Positions 44,592-53,359 of a stretch of 64,000 nucleotides of DNA are shown one piece after another. Origin of the DNA: Prevotella sp. GTDB lineage: Bacteria; Bacteroidota; Bacteroidia; Bacteroidales; Bacteroidaceae. The translations under genes were made by a program, and so were the position numbers. Position 1 is the first letter of the stretch. Each line of letters opens with the position of its first letter. The stretch is taken from the NCBI GenBank assembly GCA_017442825.1, contig JAFRYZ010000009.1:100923-164922 (forward strand). The letters are read 5' to 3'. The notes under the pieces are model-generated. The model searched no databases, was not told where the DNA came from, and saw only the letters and a list, made by a program, of their open reading frames with translations.

Positions 44592-47500
44592 TCAGAACCC
44601 GTCAAGGTCGTAGTATTCGTCTTCGATATTGAAGTTTTGTGGTTGCTCCTTCTTGTTGCTGGGCGGGGGAGCCGGAACGCCAAAGTCGTCGTTGAAGTCG
44701 ATACCCGTATCCTCTACCGTAGTCGTCGTTGGTTTCGGGGTGGGCTTCACCGTAGTCGTCGTTGGTTTCGGGGTTTCTTTCACCGTAGGTGTCGGCTTTT
44801 GATTGAGTACACTTGGTGTTGTAGGTGTCGTTGCCGGTTCTTGCTTGACTTCCGTCTTCGGTTGTTCCTTGATGGCGGGCTTCGGTTCTTCCGTCGGAAC
44901 TACGTAGGAATCTTCTGCCGGCACGTTCGTCGACTTTTCTTCCGGCACGATGTAGGTGTTTTCCGGAATCGTTGTCGGCTTATCTTCCGTCGGTACGATG
45001 TAGTTGTCGTCTGTTGCCGATGGATTCGCTGGTTTCTCGTCTGGCACCACATAGGTATCTTCCGTTGATACGGTAGGCATCTGCTCGTCTATCGAGATGA
45101 TGTCGTTCATCGAAGGCGTCTGCGGTGTTTCTTGAACGGGCACGTTGGTGCCATTCGGCGTTTCCGTTCCAGCCGGTGCTTGCGGTATTTCCTGAACTTC
45201 CGTTCCTGTTGGTGCTTGAGGTTCGGTTGTAGTTTGCGGTGCTTCGGGTTCGGCAGGAATGGTGAAGCCCGATTCTTCCGTCGGTTCGCCGTTTTGCATG
45301 GCGTCGATATCCTCTTTGGTGGGTGCCTTGCTCGAAATCTCCTCTTGCAAGTCGCGTTCGCGCGGAGTAGCCACCTCAGCTGGTTCGGAGAGCAGGTAGC
45401 GCTTGGTGACGGTCAGCGGCGAGAAGTGCTTGGCGTAGAAGTCCTCGTAGTCCTTGTAGGTGAAGGTGGTGCCGATGAGTTGCAGGTTGGCGTCGCTGAT
45501 GATGATGCCGTGGGGCTTTCCTATCTGTTGCATCACGCTAGGCGTGTTGTAGAGCTCGCGTGCATACTGGTACGCCTCGTCGAAGCTTCGGAATCCGCTG
45601 AGTTGCATCTGGTGCAAACCTTCTATCTCGCTGATTTCTATGTCGAAGTTGCGCACGATGAAATGGGTGAAATTGAACTTCGCCATCTCGAACAACAGTT
45701 TGTTCTCGTTGATGGAGTCGGGATGATAGACCAGCAGGAACTTGAAGTCGGCTATGCGGTCGGGGGAGAACTTGCGTGCTTGTATGCTATCGCTGTCGTT
45801 GAGTACGGCAGAACGTCGGGTCCACACGTCTTCCAGGTCGAATTTTGCTCCTCTCAGCCGTTTGCCGGCATTCACACCGTTGACAATCATGCCCGCCATT
45901 TCGCTGATGCGACTCTGCGGGAATTTCTCCACGACCGTCTTCATGTCGGCTATACACCCGTTGGCATCGCCGTTGTTGAGTTTGCTCAGACCGCCGATGA
46001 ACAAGAACTTGTCGCGGTTAGCTCCCAAGGGGAATCGCGTTTCAGATATGCGAACGTTGCCGCTCACTTCGCCGTAGCGGTCTTTCTTGAACGCTTCGTA
46101 GGTAGCCGCATAAAGCGAGTCTTCTATGTGTACGCCAAACTTCGAGTTTTCTTGGAAGTAGGGGTCGTTCAGAATGGTTGTCCACTGGCTTTCGGGATAT
46201 TTCTCTTTCAGCAGACTAACATAGTAGTCGGCGGTGGTTGGTTCTCCCTTGCGCGAATAGAGCAGGAACAAGTGGTAGTACACATCGTCCATCTTCTCGT
46301 AGTCGGGATAGTTGTCGGTAAGCCGGCGCAGGTTCTTCTCGCTCAGGGCAAGGTTGTCCAGCTTGTCTTTGAAGATGACACCCGAATGGTGCAAGCCGTC
46401 TTCCAATATCTTGTTGCTGGCTGTCAACTGGTCTTCCGTGAACGGAATCTGCGCCAGATAGAATTCGCGTTTGTGCGGGTCGTTCACGACACTGTCTGCC
46501 GCTTGTGTCAGGGAGTCTTGCTTGGCTTCCACCGCTGCTATCGAGTCGCGTTGTGCTTCCGTCAGCTCTGGCATCTCACCATTAGAGCCCGCTTCGCCCA
46601 CCACCGTCTTGTTCATGCGTTGCCAGTTGTCGGCATTCTCGCGCTTACCCCATTGGCGTTCGAATGTGGCTTTACCCTGACTCACCGCCATCGGGTTATA
46701 GAAATACCACAACCCGTCTGACAGACTTGTGGATGATTGTTGCTGTTGTTGTTGACGGTTGTTCTCGTTGGCAGCGTTGTTGATGTTCATGTTCATACCG
46801 CCGTTTTGTCCCGATGCCGCATTAGCCTCCAGTTGTTTGAGTCGTTCCTCCTTCTCTTTCTTCTTCATCGCCGTGATGACGCGGTCTATGGCGGCATTGC
46901 GCTCTGCCTCCGGCATACGTGCGAGTTCTTGCAACGAGTCTTGCAAGTGTACCGCCTCGGTGAAGGGTACCAGTTCGTCGAGCACCTTCGAACGTTGCGA
47001 CAGTTGTTCGTAGTCTTTGCGATCTTTGTCCAACATGCCGATGGCACTTCCGTAGCATCGTTTGGCGTCGCTATATTTCTCCTTTGCCCAGTACAGGTCG
47101 CCCAAATGCAATAGCAGCACGCCTTTTTCTATGCCGCTTCGGGTTGCCTTCTCGTTGCCTTTCTCGTAGGCATTGATGGCGTTCATCGTGTCTTTTTCGG
47201 CAAGATAGATGTTACCCATGGCGTAATACACCTGGTCCAGATAGTCCTTGTTGTTGTCTGATGCCGCCATGCGCTTCAGGCGCGAAATCATCTGCTTGCT
47301 TTGTCCGCTTGCCATCACCTCGGTCATCGCTATGCGTGCGTTGAACTCCAGTTCGTAGGGCGGGTTCAGACGAACCACGTGCTTGAACGCCTTGAACGCT
47401 TCAGTGCGGTTGCCCAAGGCGGCTTGTATCTGTCCCATGAGGTACCATTCGCGTGCTTTCTGCTTGCGTCGCATCTCGTGCTTGATGACTTTGCGCAGGT

Positions 47501-48197
47501 AGGGTACCGCCTGTTCCAGTTGTCCCGTGTGGATATAGTAGTCTGTCAGGGTGTAGTCCCATTCCTTCACGGCTCGCCAATCCACCGAGTCGCGTTGCAT
47601 CTCGCGTATCACGTCCTCAGCATCGTACAGCCAGTCTTGCTCCACGTAGCATTTTGCCAGCCAAGCTCTTGCCTTGCCGTAAATGGCAGGTTGTGTGTGG
47701 TACAGGCGACTCATGTACGAGAAGGTGGCTGCAGCCTCGTCGAAGGCTCCCTTATGGAATTGTGAGCGCCCCATCAGCATCCACGCTTTCCACAAGAACG
47801 GATTGTATTCGCGGCGCGTCAGCCATTCGATGTCTTTCTCGGTCTTCTTGCGGCTTTTCGTCCATTCCGGACGCTTCTTGATGCTATGCTGGTGAATGGC
47901 CTTCTGTGCCTTTTCTATGGCGCGGTCAAAGTTGTTCTTTCCCAACTCGCGGCTGCCCTTGTTGCCAACGGTATAGAGCGGAATCATCTCCGTGAAATTA
48001 TCCTTGTTGCCTTTTTCTTTCTCTATGCTTCCGTCGATATAGGCAAGAGCACCATTGTAGTAGGTGTTGTATTTCGCGTTGAATGAGTGCCAGAAGCGCG
48101 CCCCAGACGTATTCTTCTGCGTAGAACAACTGGCGACAACCAAGGCTATGGCTATCGTCAATATGGCGACAATATGTCCGAGTCTATGTCTTTTCAC
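44592..48197 (-). CDS. porW: T9SS periplasmic TPR lipoprotein PorW/SprE
   Basis: Lipobox ASCSTQKNT, KYNTYYNG, TPR repeats, WYFYN...F..QWGKR.N.DNW; upstream of porX. Confidence 0.88.
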   Translation of the reverse strand: MKRHRLGHIVAILTIAIALVVASCSTQKNTSGARFWHSFNAKYNTYYNGALAYIDGSIEKEKGNKDNFTEMIPLYTVGNKGSRELGKNNFDRAIEKAQKAIHQHSIKKRPEWTKSRKKTEKDIEWLTRREYNPFLWKAWMLMGRSQFHKGAFDEAAATFSYMSRLYHTQPAIYGKARAWLAKCYVEQDWLYDAEDVIREMQRDSVDWRAVKEWDYTLTDYYIHTGQLEQAVPYLRKVIKHEMRRKQKAREWYLMGQIQAALGNRTEAFKAFKHVVRLNPPYELEFNARIAMTEVMASGQSKQMISRLKRMAASDNNKDYLDQVYYAMGNIYLAEKDTMNAINAYEKGNEKATRSGIEKGVLLLHLGDLYWAKEKYSDAKRCYGSAIGMLDKDRKDYEQLSQRSKVLDELVPFTEAVHLQDSLQELARMPEAERNAAIDRVITAMKKKEKEERLKQLEANAASGQNGGMNMNINNAANENNRQQQQQQSSTSLSDGLWYFYNPMAVSQGKATFERQWGKRENADNWQRMNKTVVGEAGSNGEMPELTEAQRDSIAAVEAKQDSLTQAADSVVNDPHKREFYLAQIPFTEDQLTASNKILEDGLHHSGVIFKDKLDNLALSEKNLRRLTDNYPDYEKMDDVYYHLFLLYSRKGEPTTADYYVSLLKEKYPESQWTTILNDPYFQENSKFGVHIEDSLYAATYEAFKKDRYGEVSGNVRISETRFPLGANRDKFLFIGGLSKLNNGDANGCIADMKTVVEKFPQSRISEMAGMIVNGVNAGKRLRGAKFDLEDVWTRRSAVLNDSDSIQARKFSPDRIADFKFLLVYHPDSINENKLLFEMAKFNFTHFIVRNFDIEISEIEGLHQMQLSGFRSFDEAYQYARELYNTPSVMQQIGKPHGIIISDANLQLIGTTFTYKDYEDFYAKHFSPLTVTKRYLLSEPAEVATPRERDLQEEISSKAPTKEDIDAMQNGEPTEESGFTIPAEPEAPQTTTEPQAPTGTEVQEIPQAPAGTETPNGTNVPVQETPQTPSMNDIISIDEQMPTVSTEDTYVVPDEKPANPSATDDNYIVPTEDKPTTIPENTYIVPEEKSTNVPAEDSYVVPTEEPKPAIKEQPKTEVKQEPATTPTTPSVLNQKPTPTVKETPKPTTTTVKPTPKPTTTTVEDTGIDFNDDFGVPAPPPSNKKEQPQNFNIEDEYYDLDGF

Positions 48198-48239
48198 TTC
48201 TATCTATAACGTTAAAACCCCCGTTTTATTGTTTCATAC

Positions 48240-48431
48240 TCATCTCTCAACTTTCTTCCCGCATTGCTTCTTCAGTTCCAACAGTTTGCAATCCTCTCGT
48301 CCCGTACAGTCATCGCATCCGCCGGCAGTAACAATCTCGTCACTCCCTTTGTCGAAGCGCGATGCTATGGCGGCAATCACCGCCAACACCACCAAGGCTC
48401 CTATGGTAATCATCAGAAATTCCATTTCCAC
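48240..48431 (-). CDS. Small membrane protein with CxxCxxxxxC motif
   Basis: One TM helix then GCDDCTGREDC; co-oriented between aroA and porW. Confidence 0.6.
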   Translation of the reverse strand: MEMEFLMITIGALVVLAVIAAIASRFDKGSDEIVTAGGCDDCTGREDCKLLELKKQCGKKVER

Positions 48432-48470
48432 TCTTCATTCTCTAATCGCGAAGCGCTTGCCAAGCAAGGA

Positions 48471-49754
48471 CTATTCACCCTTCACTATTCCAAACCCCGC
48501 CTCTTCCAGTTCGTTCCAGAACTTCGGATACGACTTGCTGACCACCTGCGGGTTGTTGATGCGAATCTCGCCCAAGGTAATGGCGAGGGGTGCGAAAGCC
48601 ATTGCCATGCGGTGGTCTTCGTAGGTGTCTATGACGGGCGTTGCTTCCGGCTTGCACCGTTCGCCGTCCCATATCAATTCCGCATCGTTGTGGTCGTAGA
48701 TGACGAATCCCACCTTCCGCAACTCCTTCTTCAGAGCCTCTATGCGGTCGGTCTCCTTAATCTTCAAACTTGCCAGGCCCGTGAAGTGGAATTTCACGCC
48801 CAGCGCACAACACGTTACCACCAGCGTTTGAGCTAAATCCGGTTGGTCAACGAAGTCGTATTCCATTCGTGTCAGCAGCCGTTCGTGGTGTGTGAGTCTC
48901 GTTTCCTCGCTCTCCCGCTCTCCCGTTTCCTCGTTCGTCTTCACTCCCAGTACTTCGAACAGTTGGCGCACCACAGAGTCGCCTTGGTACGAGTTGTCGT
49001 AGAGTCCGGGCAAGGTGACTTCTCCCTCCATGTCGTCCGAAAGTGCCATCATCTCATACCAGTATGATGCCGCACTCCAGTCGTTCTCTATCTCGTAGTC
49101 CACATCCTTGTAGGCTTGTGGAGCCACACTTATCGTACTCTCGTCCGTCCATGCTATGTTGCACCCGAACTGGCGCATCACGTGCAACGTCAGGTCGATG
49201 TAGGGTCTCGAAACGATGTTGCCCGTCAACTTCAGTTGCAACCCTTTTTTCAATGTCGGACCAATCATCAGCAATGCCGAGATGTATTGCGAACTCACGT
49301 TGCCGGGCATCTCCAGCTGTCCACCCTCCAGTTGTTTTCCGCAGATTCGGAGCGGAGGGAAACCATCTTCGCCGGCATAGGTGATGTCGGCACCCAACTG
49401 TCGGAGTGCATTTACCAACACGCCTATCGGACGATGTTTCATGCGTTCCGTTCCCGTCAGCAGAAAGGTTGAGAGACTTTCGTCGGATTTTGGTAATTTA
49501 TAGTTCGGCGTTGCCGCCAGATAAGCCGCCATGAAGCGCATGGCTGTTCCTGCCGCCCCGATATCGACCACCTCCGGCATCTCGGTGAGTGCCCCTATGA
49601 GCACCCTTGTGTCGTCGCAATCGGAAAGGTTGCGAAGCGTCTTCGTTCCTCCTGCCAGCGCATGGATGATAAGTGCTCGGTTGCTGATACTCTTCGATGC
49701 GGGCAGTTTTACCGTTGTCCGCAGCCTTTGTGGTGCTTGTAAGATATATTGCAT
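48471..49754 (-). CDS. aroA: 3-phosphoshikimate 1-carboxyvinyltransferase
   Basis: ASKSISNR, GTAMRF, SSQYISALL, KETDR and DHRMAMAF motifs; start placed at MQYIL. Confidence 0.96.
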   Translation of the reverse strand: MQYILQAPQRLRTTVKLPASKSISNRALIIHALAGGTKTLRNLSDCDDTRVLIGALTEMPEVVDIGAAGTAMRFMAAYLAATPNYKLPKSDESLSTFLLTGTERMKHRPIGVLVNALRQLGADITYAGEDGFPPLRICGKQLEGGQLEMPGNVSSQYISALLMIGPTLKKGLQLKLTGNIVSRPYIDLTLHVMRQFGCNIAWTDESTISVAPQAYKDVDYEIENDWSAASYWYEMMALSDDMEGEVTLPGLYDNSYQGDSVVRQLFEVLGVKTNEETGERESEETRLTHHERLLTRMEYDFVDQPDLAQTLVVTCCALGVKFHFTGLASLKIKETDRIEALKKELRKVGFVIYDHNDAELIWDGERCKPEATPVIDTYEDHRMAMAFAPLAITLGEIRINNPQVVSKSYPKFWNELEEAGFGIVKGE

Positions 49755-49871
49755 GTCCGTCTTTTCCGTTTTTGTTTTCGTCGTGTTTGCGATTTCTCGG
49801 AAAGAAACCCATCGCACGACCATGCAAAAGTACCAAATATAATCGGGATAGAAGAAAAAGATGCCCTAAAA

Positions 49872-49903
49872 TTTGCAACTGTCGTCAGAAGTCCGTACCT
49901 TTG
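49872..49903 (+). promoter_or_regulatory. tRNA-Pro promoter
   Basis: TTTG, 20 nt, TACCTTTG. Confidence 0.7.
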
Positions 49904-49946
49904 CATTCGCAAATCGGGGTTTCATCTTCCCTTTTGCATACGGTTT

Positions 49947-50022
49947 CGGGATTTAGCGCAGTTGGTAGCGCACACGTCTGGGGGGCGCGAGGTCGCTGGT
50001 TCGAGTCCAGTAATCCCGACCA
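49947..50022 (+). tRNA. tRNA-Pro (GGG)
   Basis: CGGGATT..AATCCCG acceptor stem, anticodon loop CTGGGGG, GGTTCGAGTCC, encoded CCA. Confidence 0.93.
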
Positions 50023-50160
50023 AAAGCAAGAAGCTTGACTGATTCTTTCAGCAAGCTTCTTTTTCGTTGGTTGCCATATTCGACAAGTCGTTTTCGCCAA
50101 TTAAAATGTCGTTTGTTACCAATATAAAACTCAGAAATCAACTAAGGTCGTTTTGCCCTT

Positions 50161-50230
50161 CAAAGGGATAGGTTTCGGAAGGCAAAGGGACTGAGTTTGG
50201 ACGGCAAAGGGATAGGTTTTGAAAAAGGGG
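50161..50230. repeat. 22-bp tandem repeat, 3 units
   Basis: CAAAGGGA(T/C).. at 50161, 50183 and 50205. Confidence 0.7.
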
Positions 50231-50287
50231 CGTTTTTTTAATTAAAAAGTTCGTCTTTTACCATAAAAAGTGAACTTTTTCGCAAAA

Positions 50288-50363
50288 AACACCTAACACC
50301 TACCTCTGAATGCTTGAAACGAAGATAAACACAGGGATTGACGCAAGGTAGGTGTTAGGTGTT
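50288..50363. repeat. Perfect 18-bp inverted repeat with 40-bp spacer
   Basis: AACACCTAACACCTACCT (50288-305) and AGGTAGGTGTTAGGTGTT (50346-63). Confidence 0.85.
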
Positions 50364-50383
50364 AGTCGTATGTCACTTGTTTT

Positions 50384-51970
50384 CTACCGCTCTCTTACGT
50401 ATTTGTGCAACGTCTTCCGCACGGCACCTGTTCCGTCAAAGAGTTCCTTCACCATATCTTCAATTTGTTCACCAAGCCCTATCTCGTAGAGATCGACGCC
50501 AAAGACGTCGCGACGGCTGAAGAGTTGGCGCAGGCAAGAGTAGTCTTGGTTGGTTTTGCCAACTTCGAGCGGGGCGACGATGGCTTGCAACTCATCGAGC
50601 ATGGGGTCGGGTGAAGGCTGGAAGGGTGTGCCGTCGTCCTTGATGCCCTTGAGGTAGCGGGCATAGCCGGCGAGCACCAAAGGAATGAGAGAGAGGTTGG
50701 ACTTGTCGAGTCCGCGGGCATGATACTTCTTGATGGTTTCACCAAAGCGGATGGGCAACTTCTGCGAGGTGTCCATGGCGATGCGCTGGGGCGCATCGGG
50801 CATGAAGGGATTGGGCAGCCGCTTGTTGATGACGGCGCCGATGAACTCGTAGGGGTTGAGCACGCCCGGGTCGGTGACGACGGGCATAGCCTCGATATAT
50901 CCTATCTTCTGGATGAAGGAGCGGAGGTCGTCGTCTTGCATCTCGGCAGAGATGAGGGTGTAGCCTAGCAGACAGCCGTAGATGCTCATGGCGGTGTGCA
51001 GGGGGTTGAGGCAGGTGGTGACCTTCATGGTCTCCACCTTGTCAACGGTCTCACGGGTGGTGTAGAGGGCTCCGCCGAGGTGTAGGGGCGGACGACCGTT
51101 GGTATAGTCATCTTCGATGACGAGATACTGCACTTCCTCGGCATTGACGAAGGGGGCTGTGAAGGTGTGCTTCTCTGTCTCGATATAGTTGTTGTCTTCA
51201 AAACCGTCGGCAGCCAACAGTTCTTTCACCTTCTCGTGAGGGCGAGGCGTAATCTTGTCTATCATGGACCAAGGGAAGGTGATGCTGGTTTTGTCGCGCA
51301 GGTAGTCGGCAAAGGCTGCCGGCACGAGTCCGTCGTTGACCCATCTCTCAGCATAAGCCAGCACGGCGGCCTTGGCGCGTCCGCCGTTGTGTGAACAGTT
51401 GTCCATGCTTTGCACGGTGAGAGGCAGCCTGCCCGCCTTGAATCGCTCGTAGAGCAGGGCTGTGACCTTACCCATCGCGAAGACGGGTTGCATGCCGCGT
51501 TCGAGGTCGGCCTCGTTGTAGGCGTAGCCTTTCTCGGTGATGGTGAACGAAATCATCTGGAGCGAGGGTTTGCGGAAAATGTCGCACAAACGTTGCCAGT
51601 CGGCAAACTGATAGTCTGCCTTGAGGGCTTCGGTGACGCTGGCGATGACCTTCTTTTCGATATTGCCGTCGGACTGGAGGCTGACGAGCAGCGAGAGGTT
51701 GTCGTAGGGCGTATAAGCCTTGTCCACGACATCATAGTCGAAGGTTTCGGCAACGATGACACCGCGGTCGTATTCTCCAGCGTTCAAGGCATCGTTGAGG
51801 ATGGCTGCCGGGAAGGCACGGAAGATGTTGCCGCCGCCAAAGTGAACCCATGTTGGTTCCTGGGCTGTCTTCTCGCGAACGGCCTTGATGTTGAACTGAG
51901 GCAGCTGATAACCTTTCTGCTGCCATTCTGCGGCATTGAGAGAGCCGCTGAGGATATCGGTTAGTTTCAT
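50384..51970 (-). CDS. uxuB: Mannitol-dehydrogenase-family D-mannonate oxidoreductase
   Basis: WVHFGGGNIFRAF, TITEKGY, SMDN, SMIDKITP and IAMDTSQKLPIRF motifs; downstream of uxuA. Confidence 0.85.
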   Translation of the reverse strand: MKLTDILSGSLNAAEWQQKGYQLPQFNIKAVREKTAQEPTWVHFGGGNIFRAFPAAILNDALNAGEYDRGVIVAETFDYDVVDKAYTPYDNLSLLVSLQSDGNIEKKVIASVTEALKADYQFADWQRLCDIFRKPSLQMISFTITEKGYAYNEADLERGMQPVFAMGKVTALLYERFKAGRLPLTVQSMDNCSHNGGRAKAAVLAYAERWVNDGLVPAAFADYLRDKTSITFPWSMIDKITPRPHEKVKELLAADGFEDNNYIETEKHTFTAPFVNAEEVQYLVIEDDYTNGRPPLHLGGALYTTRETVDKVETMKVTTCLNPLHTAMSIYGCLLGYTLISAEMQDDDLRSFIQKIGYIEAMPVVTDPGVLNPYEFIGAVINKRLPNPFMPDAPQRIAMDTSQKLPIRFGETIKKYHARGLDKSNLSLIPLVLAGYARYLKGIKDDGTPFQPSPDPMLDELQAIVAPLEVGKTNQDYSCLRQLFSRRDVFGVDLYEIGLGEQIEDMVKELFDGTGAVRKTLHKYVRER

Positions 51971-52071
51971 AGATTTTTCTTTTTTTTTACGGCATTCCGG
52001 CATTCCAGTTTTGCTGCATTTTGGTATTCCGGTTTCGCGGCATTCCGAAATGACGTCATCCCGCCATTTCT

Positions 52072-53325
52072 TTAATCAAAGAAGCCTGGTTGCTTGTAGG
52101 GTATTCCCAACTCGCGGTCAACGGTGGCAAGAATGCCTTGTACCTGACCTAAGGCAAACATGCGACCGAGGAGGGTGTAGCCGGCATTGTGGCCGTGACT
52201 GGACTCGTCGAAGACGCCGTTGGGCTGGTCGGTGAAGGTCATGCCGTGATCGACACGCATGGGCAGCTGCGGATTCTCCTGCTCGAAGATACGGCAGAGC
52301 TCGATGAGGTCTGCTCGTCCGCCTAGGTGTGACGCTTCGGTAAAGTCGCCATTGGGGAAGATATGGCACGAACGCAGATGGACAAAATGGGTGCGGCTGG
52401 CAAACTGGCGTGCTAAAGCTACCACATCGTTGTAGGCTCCTGCCGACAGACTGCCGGCACAGAAGGTAAGTCCGTTGTGCTTGTTGGGTACGGCATCAAG
52501 GAACCACTGGATGTCTTCTTCTGTGCGTACGATGCGCGGCAGACCGAGAATCTCTATGGGGGGATCGTCGGGGTGTACACACATGTTCATGTCGCACTCG
52601 TCGCAGACGGGCATGATGGCTTCGAGGAAGTATTTCATGTTGGCACGCAGTTGTGCCTTGTCGATGCCTTTGTAGAGGTCGAGAAACTCGCGGAACTTCT
52701 GAACAGGTGCCTCGTCGTTCTCAGAGAAGTTGCCGCTGACGAAACCCTGTGTCTTGATAACGATGTTCTCTACCAGTTTGTGGTCTTTCTCTGGTGTCAT
52801 GGTCTTCGCCAGTTCTTCGGCTTCAGCCAGCACGTCGCGTCCCTCACCTACACCGGCGGGGAACCGGAAGGCAGCCCACTCTTCGCGCGCACCAGGACGC
52901 TTGAGGATATAGATGTCGAAATAGGCGAACTCGGCATAGTTGAAGTAGAGGTTGGTGGCACCGTTGGGATTGTCGTGGAAAAGGTCGGTGCGTGCCCAGT
53001 CAAGTACGGGCATGAAGTTGTAGCAGATGCAATGGATGCCTTCTGCTGCCAGGTTGCGTAACGACTGTTTATAGACTTCTATCTGCTCATCGCGGTCGGG
53101 ACCGCCGTATTTGATGGTCTCGACCACAGGAAGACTCTCGACGACGCTCCAACGCATGCCGTAAGACTCGATATACAGGCGCAGGTCGCGTATCTTCTCA
53201 CGTGTCCATACCTCGCCGAGGGGCACATCGTGGAGTGCCGTGACGATACCTTCGACACCAATCTGTCTGAGTTGGGCAAGCGTAATCTTGTCTTTCTTGC
53301 CGAACCATCTCCATGTTCTTTCCAT
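52072..53325 (-). CDS. uxuA: Mannonate dehydratase
   Basis: TWRWFG, VVES, CYNFMPVLDW.RT, HPDDPP, HLR and RVDHG motifs. Confidence 0.96.
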   Translation of the reverse strand: MERTWRWFGKKDKITLAQLRQIGVEGIVTALHDVPLGEVWTREKIRDLRLYIESYGMRWSVVESLPVVETIKYGGPDRDEQIEVYKQSLRNLAAEGIHCICYNFMPVLDWARTDLFHDNPNGATNLYFNYAEFAYFDIYILKRPGAREEWAAFRFPAGVGEGRDVLAEAEELAKTMTPEKDHKLVENIVIKTQGFVSGNFSENDEAPVQKFREFLDLYKGIDKAQLRANMKYFLEAIMPVCDECDMNMCVHPDDPPIEILGLPRIVRTEEDIQWFLDAVPNKHNGLTFCAGSLSAGAYNDVVALARQFASRTHFVHLRSCHIFPNGDFTEASHLGGRADLIELCRIFEQENPQLPMRVDHGMTFTDQPNGVFDESSHGHNAGYTLLGRMFALGQVQGILATVDRELGIPYKQPGFFD

Positions 53326-53359
53326 AGGTTTTCAGTTTTTTTATGAATATTGTGTATTG

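Noticed and set aside
49972-49989. A-C mismatch in the tRNA-Pro anticodon stem suggesting a pseudogene
   Set aside because: Promoter, other arms and CCA are intact; a single mismatch is tolerated.
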